Assembly (NCBI GenBank): GCA_001776935.1
Contig: MFDN01000001.1
Span: 293,449-357,448 of the forward strand
Direction: 5' to 3'
Length of the DNA: 64,000 nt
From: Candidatus Daviesbacteria bacterium RIFCSPLOWO2_01_FULL_39_23
GTDB lineage: Bacteria; Patescibacteriota; Microgenomatia; Daviesbacterales; UBA10151
This document shows positions 47,961 to 58,221 of this stretch, in pieces. Under the pieces are notes generated by a model, which saw nothing but the letters and a program-made list of their open reading frames with translations, ran no database searches and was not told the DNA's origin. The translations under genes were made by a program, and so were the position numbers. Numbering within the stretch: the stretch's first letter is position 1; the number at the start of each line of letters is the position of its first letter.

Positions 47961-48452
47961 TTATCCTCCGGTTATAGATCTATTGGGAAGGTTTAAAGAA
48001 TTATTTAGCCGCTCCAGTGCTTCTGTAATGATTCCCGGGACTTGTGGTAATGTGGGCAATCTTTTTAGGGCATCTAAAGGCACCCAAGTAAAAGCAGAGG
48101 ATTCATGATTAGCGCCTATATTGATATCTTCATTTGCCAAATCAATAATATAAGCAAACATAAGCCGGTGATAGGAAATTACTTTCCCGTCCGGCTGTTG
48201 CTTTTGAAAAGTTGATGAACGGATAATCGGCCCGGGAATGATAATCCTTGCGTCCGAGTTAAGTTCTTCTCCTATTTCCCTTTTTAATGTATCTTCCGGA
48301 TGCTCTCCAAATTCCAAAGCGCCCCCGGGCAATTGCCACTTATTATGTTCCTCAGGATTGTCTGGTTGATAACGTTTGGTTAACAACACCTGATTATCTT
48401 TATTGAATGCAACTCCTAATACACCAGCAATAAGTACTTCTGCTTTTGACAT
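47961..48452 (-). CDS. Nudix hydrolase
   Basis: GGALEFGEHPEDTLKREIGEEL Nudix box. Its stop abuts the radical SAM start (TAAATG). Confidence 0.9.
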   Translation of the reverse strand: MSKAEVLIAGVLGVAFNKDNQVLLTKRYQPDNPEEHNKWQLPGGALEFGEHPEDTLKREIGEELNSDARIIIPGPIIRSSTFQKQQPDGKVISYHRLMFAYIIDLANEDINIGANHESSAFTWVPLDALKRLPTLPQVPGIITEALERLNNSLNLPNRSITGG

Positions 48453-48870
48453 TTTATTATAGTATTATATTTCCCACACAAATATAAATAATAACAAAAA
48501 AATAGGAAATAGTCAAAACTATAGGGTTAACTGTGCAAAAGTCCTGCAAGGGTTATTTTCCGATATTGGGAAAACAAGCATCTAATTCATAAGGTGTGGG
48601 TTTAACAATGCAGGCCCTTGATGGGAATTCTACCTTACTGATGCTGCAGACATTGTTAGATAATTTAAGGTGCAAGCCAAGGATTCTATTTAACTGCAAT
48701 AGATATTAATTTTTCGTGATATTCCGGCTTTATTGTAGTATCCACTCCATATAAAACTATTTCTGTAATATCAAATGTCCAACTTACTTTTTTAAGTCTG
48801 GAAGTTAATTCTGCCTTGGAAGCTTTAAATACAATTTGAGCCTCCGGATCTCCTACCCAACAGAAGTATA

Positions 48871-49524
48871 TCAAAATTTGCTTCTGTAAATACATAAACT
48901 ACAAGTTTTTGAAACTGCAGGCAAATCTCCGTTTAACAAAGTTGAAATTTCGCGGATTAAGTTATGGAAGCTTTCCGTATCTTCTTCTACCGGATGATAT
49001 TTTGGAGTGGTAGTAAAAATTACTTTTCCATCTACTAATTTCATTTCATCAGGGTTAATACTTACAATACCCATTTTTGAAACTTTAATCGGTTTTCCGC
49101 TGCTTGGGTTTTCCAGCGCAAATTTATATGCGTGTAGTTGACTTATATATTTGGATATTTTTTCGCTGTCCGGAGTGGTTATTTTAAAATCTATTATTGC
49201 AAAAGTGCCATCATCAAGCTTACTTAAAATATCAAACCTGCCGCTAAGATAGCAGTTTGTACCGTCAATAGTTATTGATTTCATATAGCCTTCCTGAATT
49301 TCTATAATTCCGCTTGGCAAGTCCGGGTGAATATCGGATAAATTCATTCCCATGATTGAATCCTGCAATAATTTATTAATCCGGCCAAACATGGAGGGGA
49401 ATATACCGGAGTGGAAGACACCCAGTTTTACTTTTTGGTAATAGCAATGTTTACAGTCATTCCAAAGGTAAGCAAAATCCGAAGGACTCAGTTTATATAA
49501 TTTATCATCTTTAGATTGCGGCAC
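48871..49524 (-). CDS. PD-(D/E)xK RecB/Cas4-like nuclease
   Basis: LSPS..CKHC, GRFD, IIDFK, QLHAY and C-terminal CSLC. Confidence 0.82.
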   Translation of the reverse strand: MPQSKDDKLYKLSPSDFAYLWNDCKHCYYQKVKLGVFHSGIFPSMFGRINKLLQDSIMGMNLSDIHPDLPSGIIEIQEGYMKSITIDGTNCYLSGRFDILSKLDDGTFAIIDFKITTPDSEKISKYISQLHAYKFALENPSSGKPIKVSKMGIVSINPDEMKLVDGKVIFTTTPKYHPVEEDTESFHNLIREISTLLNGDLPAVSKTCSLCIYRSKF

Positions 49525-49636
49525 ATATTCAGACTATGATAAAAATTAATCTGAAGTCAAGAGTAATTTTTATACAAAAGTTTTTGCGTCTTTGGTACCT
49601 TACACACAACGGTGTTGGTTTAAACGTAGAATTTTC

Positions 49637-50026
49637 TTATTTGGGTTTTAATTCTAAATCTTCTTTTTGAAGATCGAACTTCACAACGAACTTATCAAAA
49701 AATCCTTTTTGTCCAACAATTCCATAAGCTGAACTTCTCATAGACATAAATCCAGCTTCTGTTTTATATTCCAAGCCTCCTACCTTTATCAGAATTTCAT
49801 GGAGATAGTAGAATTCCGGAAAACCAGTTAATCCCGAAACTTGTTGGCGTTCTCCTTTGAGTATATCTATTCCTAAAATCTCGGCTATGTGTGCGTCAAA
49901 AATACAAAGATCTGCTCCTGAATCCACTAAAACTTCATATGGTACTTCTACACTATTTTTAATAATTTCAATTGGAATCACAGGACGAAGCACTCTAGGG
50001 CCGTATTTTTTATACCTAAATTTCAT
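49637..50026 (-). CDS. Retropepsin-like aspartyl protease
   Basis: LVDSGAD and GIVGQKGFF motifs. Confidence 0.82.
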   Translation of the reverse strand: MKFRYKKYGPRVLRPVIPIEIIKNSVEVPYEVLVDSGADLCIFDAHIAEILGIDILKGERQQVSGLTGFPEFYYLHEILIKVGGLEYKTEAGFMSMRSSAYGIVGQKGFFDKFVVKFDLQKEDLELKPK

Positions 50027-50226
50027 TGATGAGAGCCAACGTATGAGGTAAGTTTGGAAGGGAATTTAGTTAAAATTGGTTTATTATAACCCAATTTTCG
50101 TGCCTTATCCCACACTGATTTAGCAGTTCTACCGCTTGCTAAAACAGTCTTTTCATCATTTTTTAAAGCCACCCAGAGGCCTTTATATTTTTTATAGATT
50201 TGCGTCCAATCTATTGCCATAAACAA
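50023..50226 (-). CDS. DUF5678-like small protein
   Basis: KKYKGLWVAL...VLASG...ARKLG, coupled to the aspartyl protease. Confidence 0.75.
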   Translation of the reverse strand: MFMAIDWTQIYKKYKGLWVALKNDEKTVLASGRTAKSVWDKARKLGYNKPILTKFPSKLTSYVGSHQ

Positions 50227-50623
50227 ATAATATCATAGTTTTGTAAGTTTTCTGCAAGTAATTTTATCTTCCATTTCTCCTTCTTACCCCTCATAGTTTC
50301 GTATTGTGGAGGCATGGATTTATCCAGGATGCAGTCAAAAAATTTCCGAAATCCCCAAGTGTCCTCTCTGATCCACTCCCCAGGTGGGATGGGATTGTGT
50401 TTTTTGACGCTTTTTCAGTCAATGCCAACACGAATATGCCAACAAGAATGATAAGAACAAGCAAAAAAGAATTGCAAAATGCAGGTTCCACAATTGCAAT
50501 TTCAGATCCTTTGATATGACTATGAAACAGTCGGCCGAGTTTGTCCTATACCATCAGGTGCGGGATTATAAATATTACGCAAAAATTTTCAAAAAGCTTT
50601 CCAAAAAATTTATTTGTCTTAGG

Positions 50624-51193
50624 CTATAACAAATTTAATCCTTCTAGCTTCAAATCATTAATGATCTCTCTATAATTAGGGATTGTTCTGCTAACTAGAT
50701 TCCAAAATTTTGATGAATGATTGAATTCTTTCAAATGACATAATTCGTGAACAATAATGTAATCTTGCAATTCAGTAGGAAGTAAAGCAATTTTAAAGTT
50801 GAAGTTAAGGTTCTTTTTCTTTGAACAGCTTCCCCAACGTGTTCTCTGATTTTTAATAGCAAGCTTATTAAATTTGTACCTATATATCTTATTAAAGTGT
50901 TCGATTCGTACGCTAGTAATCTGTAATGCTATTTCTTTATGCTGAATATAAGCTTTGGATGTTAGTTTGAAAGTTTTAGATAAAGACGCATTTTTAAAGA
51001 AATCTAGTTTTGATAATACCCACTTTGATTTCCCAATAATGTATTTCTCTGCTGTAGTCTCATTTAGCCCTTTAGGCAGCGTAACTACAAAATTACCATC
51101 GCAATAGACAGCTAATCTCATCCGTTTTGCTTTTCTACTTCGACGGATTAAGTAAGTTACGATTCGATTATGCAAGGTAATCTTTCGTTTCAT
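50624..51193 (-). CDS. YgjP/DUF45 (M48-like) metal-dependent hydrolase
   Basis: QRTRWGSCS and DYIIVHELCHL..NHS..FW. A common companion of hsdR. Confidence 0.88.
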   Translation of the reverse strand: MKRKITLHNRIVTYLIRRSRKAKRMRLAVYCDGNFVVTLPKGLNETTAEKYIIGKSKWVLSKLDFFKNASLSKTFKLTSKAYIQHKEIALQITSVRIEHFNKIYRYKFNKLAIKNQRTRWGSCSKKKNLNFNFKIALLPTELQDYIIVHELCHLKEFNHSSKFWNLVSRTIPNYREIINDLKLEGLNLL

Positions 51194-54129
51194 TAGAATT
51201 TTTTGATCACAATATCAACAAGTCTATTTAAGAATTTTGGGAAATCCTCAACTTGTATTCTATCCTTATACTCTTTGAGAAGGAGTTCTTGGACAATTTG
51301 CTTTACACCTTTGAGAAATTCCTCACGTTTTGATGAATTTTGCCAGCCCTCGTCAAGAATAGACTGCAATCTTTTTGAAAGGTCTTTTGACAAAGTTAGC
51401 AGGAGTGGTTGATCTGTTTTTGGTAAAAACTCTTGAGAAATCACAAATAATCCATACTCTCTCAAATTAAGTCCTAAGTCTTTTGCTTCATCTGCCTTGC
51501 TCTTGATATCATTCATTAAATCAAAGTAACGTTTGATTCTTTCGGAAAGATCAATTTGGTGCTGTTCAAACTCCTTGCGAATGGCAGTTAATCTTTCGCT
51601 AAACTTTTGAAAAATAGGATTAGTATCAATATTAATAGAAATTTCCTGCTTAAGCATTTTTTCAAGATTTAACGCTTTTTCTTCATCGTCCATTTTGTCT
51701 AATCGTTCAAGAGTATAAATATCGTTGATTTTTAACTCTCTAAAATTTTTAGTAATTCCTTCGTAGTCAATTTGTTCTTGAATCAATTTCTTAACTTTCT
51801 CCCCATATTGTCCAAAGGTTGGTATATCGCCAGTGCGGAAGGCTTCCATTGCAATATTTTCTGCACGGAAATCATTAAGGAAGGCAATATAAACACTGGT
51901 AATCCATTCAAACGCTCGAATGTAGTCCGCGAGGAATGGATCTGGTGACAAAACCTCAAATAATAATTTTAATCGACTATACTTATCAGTAAAATAACGT
52001 TGTTTTCCTTCGTTATCAATAAAGATCTTAAGGCAAGTCCTCAAGTTTTCGATAGATGGATCTTCTTGATTAATGCCAATAAAAATATCTTTAATTTCGG
52101 TTAATATTTCTAGGAATTCCTTTTTTAGGTGATCAAGGTCTATAAGTGCTGAGTCAATTATGCTTTCATCAAAATTTAAGGCTTCATAGAGGTTTCTAGT
52201 AATACCATAATAATCAATAATTTTTCCACATCCCTTGTTCGGGTAAACCCTGTTCGTACGAGCTATGGCTTGCAGCAAATTATGATCTCTCAAAGGCTTG
52301 TCAAGATACATTGCTTGTTCAATCTGAGCATCAAAACCTGTTAGGAGCATGTCGCATACCAATAGTAATCTCAAAGGACTTCTGTGGTCTTTGAACTTAT
52401 CAATAATCTTTTCTCTTTGAGCTTTGCTAGTATTATATTTTTTTAGATTATCAGCATCAGTGTTAGGATCACCAGATGAATAAATAACTTCTGTCCAATC
52501 AGCAGGGATTAACTCGTCAAAAAGCTCCTTGAATCTGGCTGTGGCTTCCCGATCATAACAAACAACCTGGGCTTTAAAGCCATTCGGCTCAATGTAAAGC
52601 CTGTAATGATCAACAATATCTTGAGCAACAGCCCTCATTCGTTTATCCAGCTTTATTAGCGCCTCTTTCTTACCATATCTACGCATAACTAGTTGCTTTT
52701 GTTCAGGAGAAAGATCAGTTGTCATCTCATCAAATTGCTGATCAATTTTTTCTTCATCAATAAAGAATTTCGAAAGACGAGCTTCATATGTTACAGGTAA
52801 TGTTGCACCATCATCAATTGCTTGTTGAATCGAATAGTAATCAAGATATCTTTCGCCTTCTTGGCCAAAGTTTCGGTGAGTATTTAAGGTTGTTTTATCA
52901 ATTGGTGTGCCTGTAAATCCAAAGAAAAAGGCTCTTTGCATTGAATCTCGCAATTTTATCCCAGCCACACCTTCGTTTGATCGATGAGCTTCATCTGAAA
53001 GGATAATGACGTTTTCATTAGGATTCTCAAGGTGTAGCGGAAGCTCGTTGAACTTCTCGATAGTTGAAATAAAGATTCCTCTTTCATCATTGGTGATTTT
53101 TTTCTCAAGGTCTCGACAAGAAGTAACCCTGATTACGTTTTTACCGCCCGCATTGACGAATGTATCATGAATCTGATCATCAAGATCAATACGATCAACA
53201 AGGACAAACACCTTTGGATTCCTGAGCGTCTTATCAAATCTAAGTTTCCATGCTGTAAAGAACATTGTTAAAGATTTTCCAGATCCTTGTGTATGCCAGA
53301 TTAAGCCTTTTCTCTTTTCTCGATCCTGTACTCGTTCAACAATTTTATTGGTTGCACGAAGCTGTTGATAGCGGGCGATCTTTTTGACTCGACCATCTTT
53401 TGTCTGCTCAAAGACAATAAAGTTTTTGACTATGTCTAACAATCTTTTTTTCTCAAGTAAGGATGTCAGGGTCATTTCAAGCTGTCCGTCAAGTTTTTTT
53501 TCAAGTTTTTCATCTTTCCACTGCAAGAAATACTGCTCTGGAGCATAAGTGGTTGCATAAACAGTTTTTAAGCCATCTGTCGCAACATTAAAGCAGTTCG
53601 GCCAATACAGCTTCATTGCAACTCGTTCATAACGTTTTATTTGGCCAATTGCATTTTCGTAACTAACGCTTGTTGATGCGGTAGGGCTTTTTGCTTCTAT
53701 ATCAGCAATGGGGACACCATTAAGAAAGATCAAAATATCAGGGCGTATATTTTCCAGATTGCCTTCAAAGTAGAATTGATTTGTGACTATAAAGTGATTA
53801 TTTTCAGGATTGTCGTAATCAACAATCATATAGTCACGCATTTTGCCTGTTTCTGAATCCTTTAGATTTATGCCATTACGGAGCATATTCAAAAAACCTT
53901 CGTTTGTATCAATTTTCTTTATTTCTCGGATAACACTTTGTACTTCTGTATCATCTGTAATGTTATTGATTCGCTTTATAGCTTCCGCAAGATGAGAATT
54001 GATCAGATATTCATTTTCTAATTCTCTCAAAAGCGCAAATTTTTCAGGAGTAATGTACTCATAGCCCAGATTTTGGGATAAGAATTTGATGATATGTTTT
54101 TCAACTGTATATTGTTCGTTAAATTTCAT
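51193..54129 (-). CDS. hsdR: Type I restriction endonuclease subunit R
   Basis: RPDI..NG.P..IEAK, HTQGSGKS, DEAHRS, FTGTP, LTGFDA and QAIARTNR motifs. Confidence 0.95.
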   Translation of the reverse strand: MKFNEQYTVEKHIIKFLSQNLGYEYITPEKFALLRELENEYLINSHLAEAIKRINNITDDTEVQSVIREIKKIDTNEGFLNMLRNGINLKDSETGKMRDYMIVDYDNPENNHFIVTNQFYFEGNLENIRPDILIFLNGVPIADIEAKSPTASTSVSYENAIGQIKRYERVAMKLYWPNCFNVATDGLKTVYATTYAPEQYFLQWKDEKLEKKLDGQLEMTLTSLLEKKRLLDIVKNFIVFEQTKDGRVKKIARYQQLRATNKIVERVQDREKRKGLIWHTQGSGKSLTMFFTAWKLRFDKTLRNPKVFVLVDRIDLDDQIHDTFVNAGGKNVIRVTSCRDLEKKITNDERGIFISTIEKFNELPLHLENPNENVIILSDEAHRSNEGVAGIKLRDSMQRAFFFGFTGTPIDKTTLNTHRNFGQEGERYLDYYSIQQAIDDGATLPVTYEARLSKFFIDEEKIDQQFDEMTTDLSPEQKQLVMRRYGKKEALIKLDKRMRAVAQDIVDHYRLYIEPNGFKAQVVCYDREATARFKELFDELIPADWTEVIYSSGDPNTDADNLKKYNTSKAQREKIIDKFKDHRSPLRLLLVCDMLLTGFDAQIEQAMYLDKPLRDHNLLQAIARTNRVYPNKGCGKIIDYYGITRNLYEALNFDESIIDSALIDLDHLKKEFLEILTEIKDIFIGINQEDPSIENLRTCLKIFIDNEGKQRYFTDKYSRLKLLFEVLSPDPFLADYIRAFEWITSVYIAFLNDFRAENIAMEAFRTGDIPTFGQYGEKVKKLIQEQIDYEGITKNFRELKINDIYTLERLDKMDDEEKALNLEKMLKQEISINIDTNPIFQKFSERLTAIRKEFEQHQIDLSERIKRYFDLMNDIKSKADEAKDLGLNLREYGLFVISQEFLPKTDQPLLLTLSKDLSKRLQSILDEGWQNSSKREEFLKGVKQIVQELLLKEYKDRIQVEDFPKFLNRLVDIVIKKF

Positions 54130-54776
54130 ATAGTTTTAAGAAAATCAAAGTCCTTTTCTGAAATATATTTATTTGTTCTCTTGAATAACAGTTCTGTCTT
54201 TGTTAATGGTTTAGACTGGATTTTGATTGAAGCTTCGAATGTTTTTTTATACTTAGTAATAATATCGTTTGCAAAATCATCTATTGAGTTAACTACATCA
54301 TAATAAAACGTATTCGCGTCTAACATCAACACGTTATCAATAAATACTAGATGATTTCCAGCCTGTACTTCTTGCGGATTATTTTGATTTCCGATTGTAA
54401 ATTGTAGACCGATTACTTTCTTTTTGTAACTAAAGCATTTTGGTTCATGCTGATGGAGCAAACCATGCCGATACACAAAAACCATAAAAGCTGCAACTTC
54501 TTTATAACGTGATCTTTTAATACCCATGACTTCTGATAAATAGGTCTTAATATTTAATCCAGTTGAGTGAGGATTTCCAGTTATATAAGAACCCAACCCA
54601 TCAATCTCAGGAAAAAGCATTCTAGGAATGGCATAAAAACCAGCTCCACCGGTTTGATCGATTTGACTAGACCAACCTTCAAAAGCTCCGCCCACATCAT
54701 TTATAATTGATTGTTTAATGCGGTTAATTAAATAACTTTTAATTTGATCGTCTGTGTATTTATTTTTAAGTTTCAT
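54126..54776 (-). CDS. HEPN-like protein inside the RM operon
   Basis: YRHGLLHQ is an RX4H motif in a helical protein. Confidence 0.55.
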   Translation of the reverse strand: MKLKNKYTDDQIKSYLINRIKQSIINDVGGAFEGWSSQIDQTGGAGFYAIPRMLFPEIDGLGSYITGNPHSTGLNIKTYLSEVMGIKRSRYKEVAAFMVFVYRHGLLHQHEPKCFSYKKKVIGLQFTIGNQNNPQEVQAGNHLVFIDNVLMLDANTFYYDVVNSIDDFANDIITKYKKTFEASIKIQSKPLTKTELLFKRTNKYISEKDFDFLKTI

Positions 54777-54783
54777 AGTTAAA

Positions 54784-55365
54784 TTACTTTAATGGACAAA
54801 TTAGAAATGATGATAGTAAAAGTAAAATTCCAACTACAGATAAAATAAGAATCACTCTATGGGGAGGTATTTCATCCTTCTGTTCTTTTTTTCTTCCAAT
54901 GAATTCAAGGATTTTATTGTTCTTTTCTGAAATAGCCAACATATTAGATTTTTTTAATGTTTGACTGTTCATGTAATCTTTACTTATTTCCAAGTAGACC
55001 TTGTCTCGATCTTTATACAACTCAGAAACTGTATTTGATGATTTTTGTATTGCTGAAAGATTGGATTCGTAAAAGCGTTTTAACCACCATAAACCGACAA
55101 GGATTGACGATACCAACATTGCCTCTCCAGTTAGAAAGATGTAAAGGTTTTTTACTCTGTCTATCGCTGTAAACCCAAAACCTGCAAAAATGCCAACAAT
55201 TGAAAGCATCTGGTAAGTAAAGCCAATAAAGCGATATAACAAATCTATTTCATTCTTTCCGTACTCTGCCATCGCTTCACCCTCCGTCTTCAAACCCTTT
55301 GAAAAGACTCCCTCGTAAAGCTCTCTATAATCCTGCTCTGATAGTTTTATTGTGTCGTTATTCAT
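54784..55365 (-). CDS. 3-TM hypothetical membrane protein inside the RM operon
   Basis: Two N-proximal TM segments and one C-terminal TM. Start moved to ATG 55365. Confidence 0.6.
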   Translation of the reverse strand: MNNDTIKLSEQDYRELYEGVFSKGLKTEGEAMAEYGKNEIDLLYRFIGFTYQMLSIVGIFAGFGFTAIDRVKNLYIFLTGEAMLVSSILVGLWWLKRFYESNLSAIQKSSNTVSELYKDRDKVYLEISKDYMNSQTLKKSNMLAISEKNNKILEFIGRKKEQKDEIPPHRVILILSVVGILLLLSSFLICPLK

Positions 55366-55366
55366 A

Positions 55367-56548
55367 TCAGTTAATTTGTACTTTCTGACTAAAAATATCT
55401 TGCATAAGTCCATTTTTTAGGTCTTTTAAAATAGCTATTTGTTTAATTTCCGAGTAATGCTTCAAGTCTAACGTTTTTAATTGACATACGATCTTTAACT
55501 GTTCGTCTTGTGGAAGAATTGGAATTAACAAATTCTTCAAACTTCCAATCGGGAGTTGTGGTTGCGCTGAACCAGACCCAAGTTGGATATAACGTTCCTT
55601 AAAGAGCGGACTCTTTAACAGGTAGTACAGGAACTCTGGAGCAATTGATTTTCCTGCACGAAATATCAACATCCCAGAGTTAATGCGAATATGGTCATAA
55701 ATTATTGAATCGTCATAAATTGCAACATTTCCTACTGTTCCTCTAGTTGTAAGTATCACATCCCATCTGTTTAACTTTCCTTTCCGCAATTGCTTGTCTT
55801 TTTCCTGAGAAATAAAGATAGGCTCACTAAAGTCAAAAGAGTCATTGCGGATATTTCTATTACTTAAAAATAAACAAAATCCTTCTGAGTAAAATTCATG
55901 CTGTTTTGGATAATTTACACCACGATCACCATCTATTATTTCAATATCAGATTCCAACATAGAGCTAACGCTCCATTCTTCAGGAATATCTCCGATTTTT
56001 GTTTTCTTAAACTTTTTATGTCCAATTCCTTTTGTAAGTAACTCTCGCATCAATCCTTGCTTCAAACTTTCAGTTTTCTGGATAATCTGATCAGTCTTTT
56101 GGATTGCTTCATCAATAGAAGATAAGATTTCAACAATTTTTTTCTGACCTTCGTATCTAGGTAGACTAAGTGGAAAATTTTGCAACATATAAAGTCGTAA
56201 AGACTTCACTGTTGAACCAACAGCCATTTTTAAAAAGTATCTTTTATTGTAATCTATCCAATAATAAAGGAATTTTATACTTATCTGATTTTTTTTCTTC
56301 GAGAAAATAGCGTATGCACGTTGATGTAAATCAAACTTACCAAAATAGTATTGAGGGATAAATTCCTTACCCTCACCTGGAATAATGATGGCTTCTGTAT
56401 CAAACAAGTATTTATTACTGTGCTTTATTTCTGTTGAGCGATCAAATAAAGGATAGGCTCCATCTACTACAGCGTCATCCGTATTCGTTTTGCCATTAGT
56501 AACTTCAAAAGAATCACCAATTTTCTGCTGAATCCACTTATTTGTCAT
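55367..56548 (-). CDS. hsdS: Type I RM specificity subunit
   Basis: Two TRDs; conserved P...Q.KIV..L..ID..I and LKQGLMRELLTKGIGH regions. Confidence 0.92.
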   Translation of the reverse strand: MTNKWIQQKIGDSFEVTNGKTNTDDAVVDGAYPLFDRSTEIKHSNKYLFDTEAIIIPGEGKEFIPQYYFGKFDLHQRAYAIFSKKKNQISIKFLYYWIDYNKRYFLKMAVGSTVKSLRLYMLQNFPLSLPRYEGQKKIVEILSSIDEAIQKTDQIIQKTESLKQGLMRELLTKGIGHKKFKKTKIGDIPEEWSVSSMLESDIEIIDGDRGVNYPKQHEFYSEGFCLFLSNRNIRNDSFDFSEPIFISQEKDKQLRKGKLNRWDVILTTRGTVGNVAIYDDSIIYDHIRINSGMLIFRAGKSIAPEFLYYLLKSPLFKERYIQLGSGSAQPQLPIGSLKNLLIPILPQDEQLKIVCQLKTLDLKHYSEIKQIAILKDLKNGLMQDIFSQKVQIN

Positions 56549-58220
56549 ATCCCAGCTCCTTCATAAATCCTGAAACTTTAGACATAGATGTGTCCCGCTC
56601 TCTTTCTATACCTTGAAGCTCGTTCCAGATATTTTTGACATCAATTTCCTTCTGCTCATCACTTGAATCAATATATCTTTTCACGCTTAGATTGTAATCA
56701 TTTTTCTCAATTTCTTTTACATCTACCACACGGGCATATTTTTCGATATCCTGGTATTGGTCATAAGCCTTAATAATTTTGTCTATGTCCTGTTTTCTGA
56801 GGGTGTTTTGGTTTTTACCTTCAAGAAAATCACGCTCGGCATCAATTATCAAAACTTTACCTTTTTTATTTTCTAGCTTATTTCTATTAAAAATAAGAAT
56901 AGCTGCTGGAATACCAGTTCCGTAGAAAAGTTTTGGAGGAAGTCCAACGACTGCTTCCAGAAGATCATTTTTAATAATCTGTTCTCGAATTCTGCCCTCA
57001 CTCCCACTTCTAAATAGCACACCATGAGGCAACACAATGCCAGCACGACCATTTACATTTAATGACTTGAGTATGTGAAGTACGAAAGCATAGTCGGCAT
57101 TTTTTTGTGGAGGCTGGTCATAACCTGCGGTACGGCCATATTTGTCGTTTTTAAATAGTTCAAACTCCCAGTCCTTAATTGAGTAGGGTGGATTCGCCAC
57201 TACGATGTCAAAAGTTTGCAAATTGCCTATGTTGTTCAAAAACTGTGGATTGGCTAATGTATCACCGCGCCGTATATCCGCACTATCTAAACCATGTAAA
57301 AACATATTGATCTTGGCAATGGCAAAAGTGCTGATGTTAATTTCCTGCCCATAAAAATATAATGTTCGCGCAACGTGCTCGCTCGATTTATCTTTAAGAT
57401 AGTTATATGCCTCAAGGAGAAAACCACCCGATCCCACTGCAGGATCATATACATGGTCTTTTTGATGAGGTTTAACAATCCCGATGATGATTCGTTCAAC
57501 TTCTCGTGGGGTATAAAATTCCCCGCCCTTTTTTCCAGCATCTGCGGCAAATTGCTTTATTAAATATTCATAAGCATCACCTAAAAGATCAGAGCTAATG
57601 TAATTACTGCCAAAATTATATTGCGAGAAATGGTTTATCAATCTTTGTATGGTTTCATTAGGGAACCGGTCTTTATTAGCAAAATCCAGATCATCAAAAA
57701 TCTTGTCTAATTTGGGGCTATTTACGTTAGTTATTTTGTCAAAAATATCATTAAGTCTTTGACCAATATTCTCCGAGGTCTCAGAAATGACGGACCATTT
57801 ACAATCTTTGGGCACTTGGAATCTGTGGTTATAATCAGCCTCCGCAAGAGTTTTGTCTTTATATTCATCAATGACTTTTTTGTATTCCTCATCCCAAACA
57901 TCGCTTATTCTCTTGTAAAAAAGTAGGCCAAAGATATATTTTTTATAGTCCGAACTGTCAATTTTACCTCGTAAAATATCTGCACTTTTCCATAAAAATT
58001 GCTCAAGTTGAGCCAAGGTAAGCTTGCTTCCCATTTCATCAGCTAAAATTTGAATATCTTCTCTTCGATATTTACGATCTTGTCTTGGCCCAACTCTCAA
58101 AGGAGTCAACTTTCCGGCTTTTTCCCAGTTTCGGAGGGTATCACGATGAATTTGAAATAACTTGGATACCTCACCAATGGTCAGAAGATCGGTAGATGTA
58201 ATAAATTGGTTTATTTTCAT
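56538..58220 (-). CDS. hsdM: Type I RM N6-adenine methyltransferase with N-terminal MerR/excisionase-type HTH
   Basis: LLTIGEVSKLFQIHRDTLRNWE, GEFYTP, YDPAVGSGG and NPPY motifs. Confidence 0.95.
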   Translation of the reverse strand: MKINQFITSTDLLTIGEVSKLFQIHRDTLRNWEKAGKLTPLRVGPRQDRKYRREDIQILADEMGSKLTLAQLEQFLWKSADILRGKIDSSDYKKYIFGLLFYKRISDVWDEEYKKVIDEYKDKTLAEADYNHRFQVPKDCKWSVISETSENIGQRLNDIFDKITNVNSPKLDKIFDDLDFANKDRFPNETIQRLINHFSQYNFGSNYISSDLLGDAYEYLIKQFAADAGKKGGEFYTPREVERIIIGIVKPHQKDHVYDPAVGSGGFLLEAYNYLKDKSSEHVARTLYFYGQEINISTFAIAKINMFLHGLDSADIRRGDTLANPQFLNNIGNLQTFDIVVANPPYSIKDWEFELFKNDKYGRTAGYDQPPQKNADYAFVLHILKSLNVNGRAGIVLPHGVLFRSGSEGRIREQIIKNDLLEAVVGLPPKLFYGTGIPAAILIFNRNKLENKKGKVLIIDAERDFLEGKNQNTLRKQDIDKIIKAYDQYQDIEKYARVVDVKEIEKNDYNLSVKRYIDSSDEQKEIDVKNIWNELQGIERERDTSMSKVSGFMKELGYDK

Positions 58221-58221
58221 T

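Noticed and set aside
48500-48895. 69-aa ORF and downstream fragment
   Set aside because: No recognisable motif; possibly a gene remnant.
50291-50620. Short opposing ORFs and a possible att/recombinase remnant
   Set aside because: No motif, and no matching repeat found by eye.
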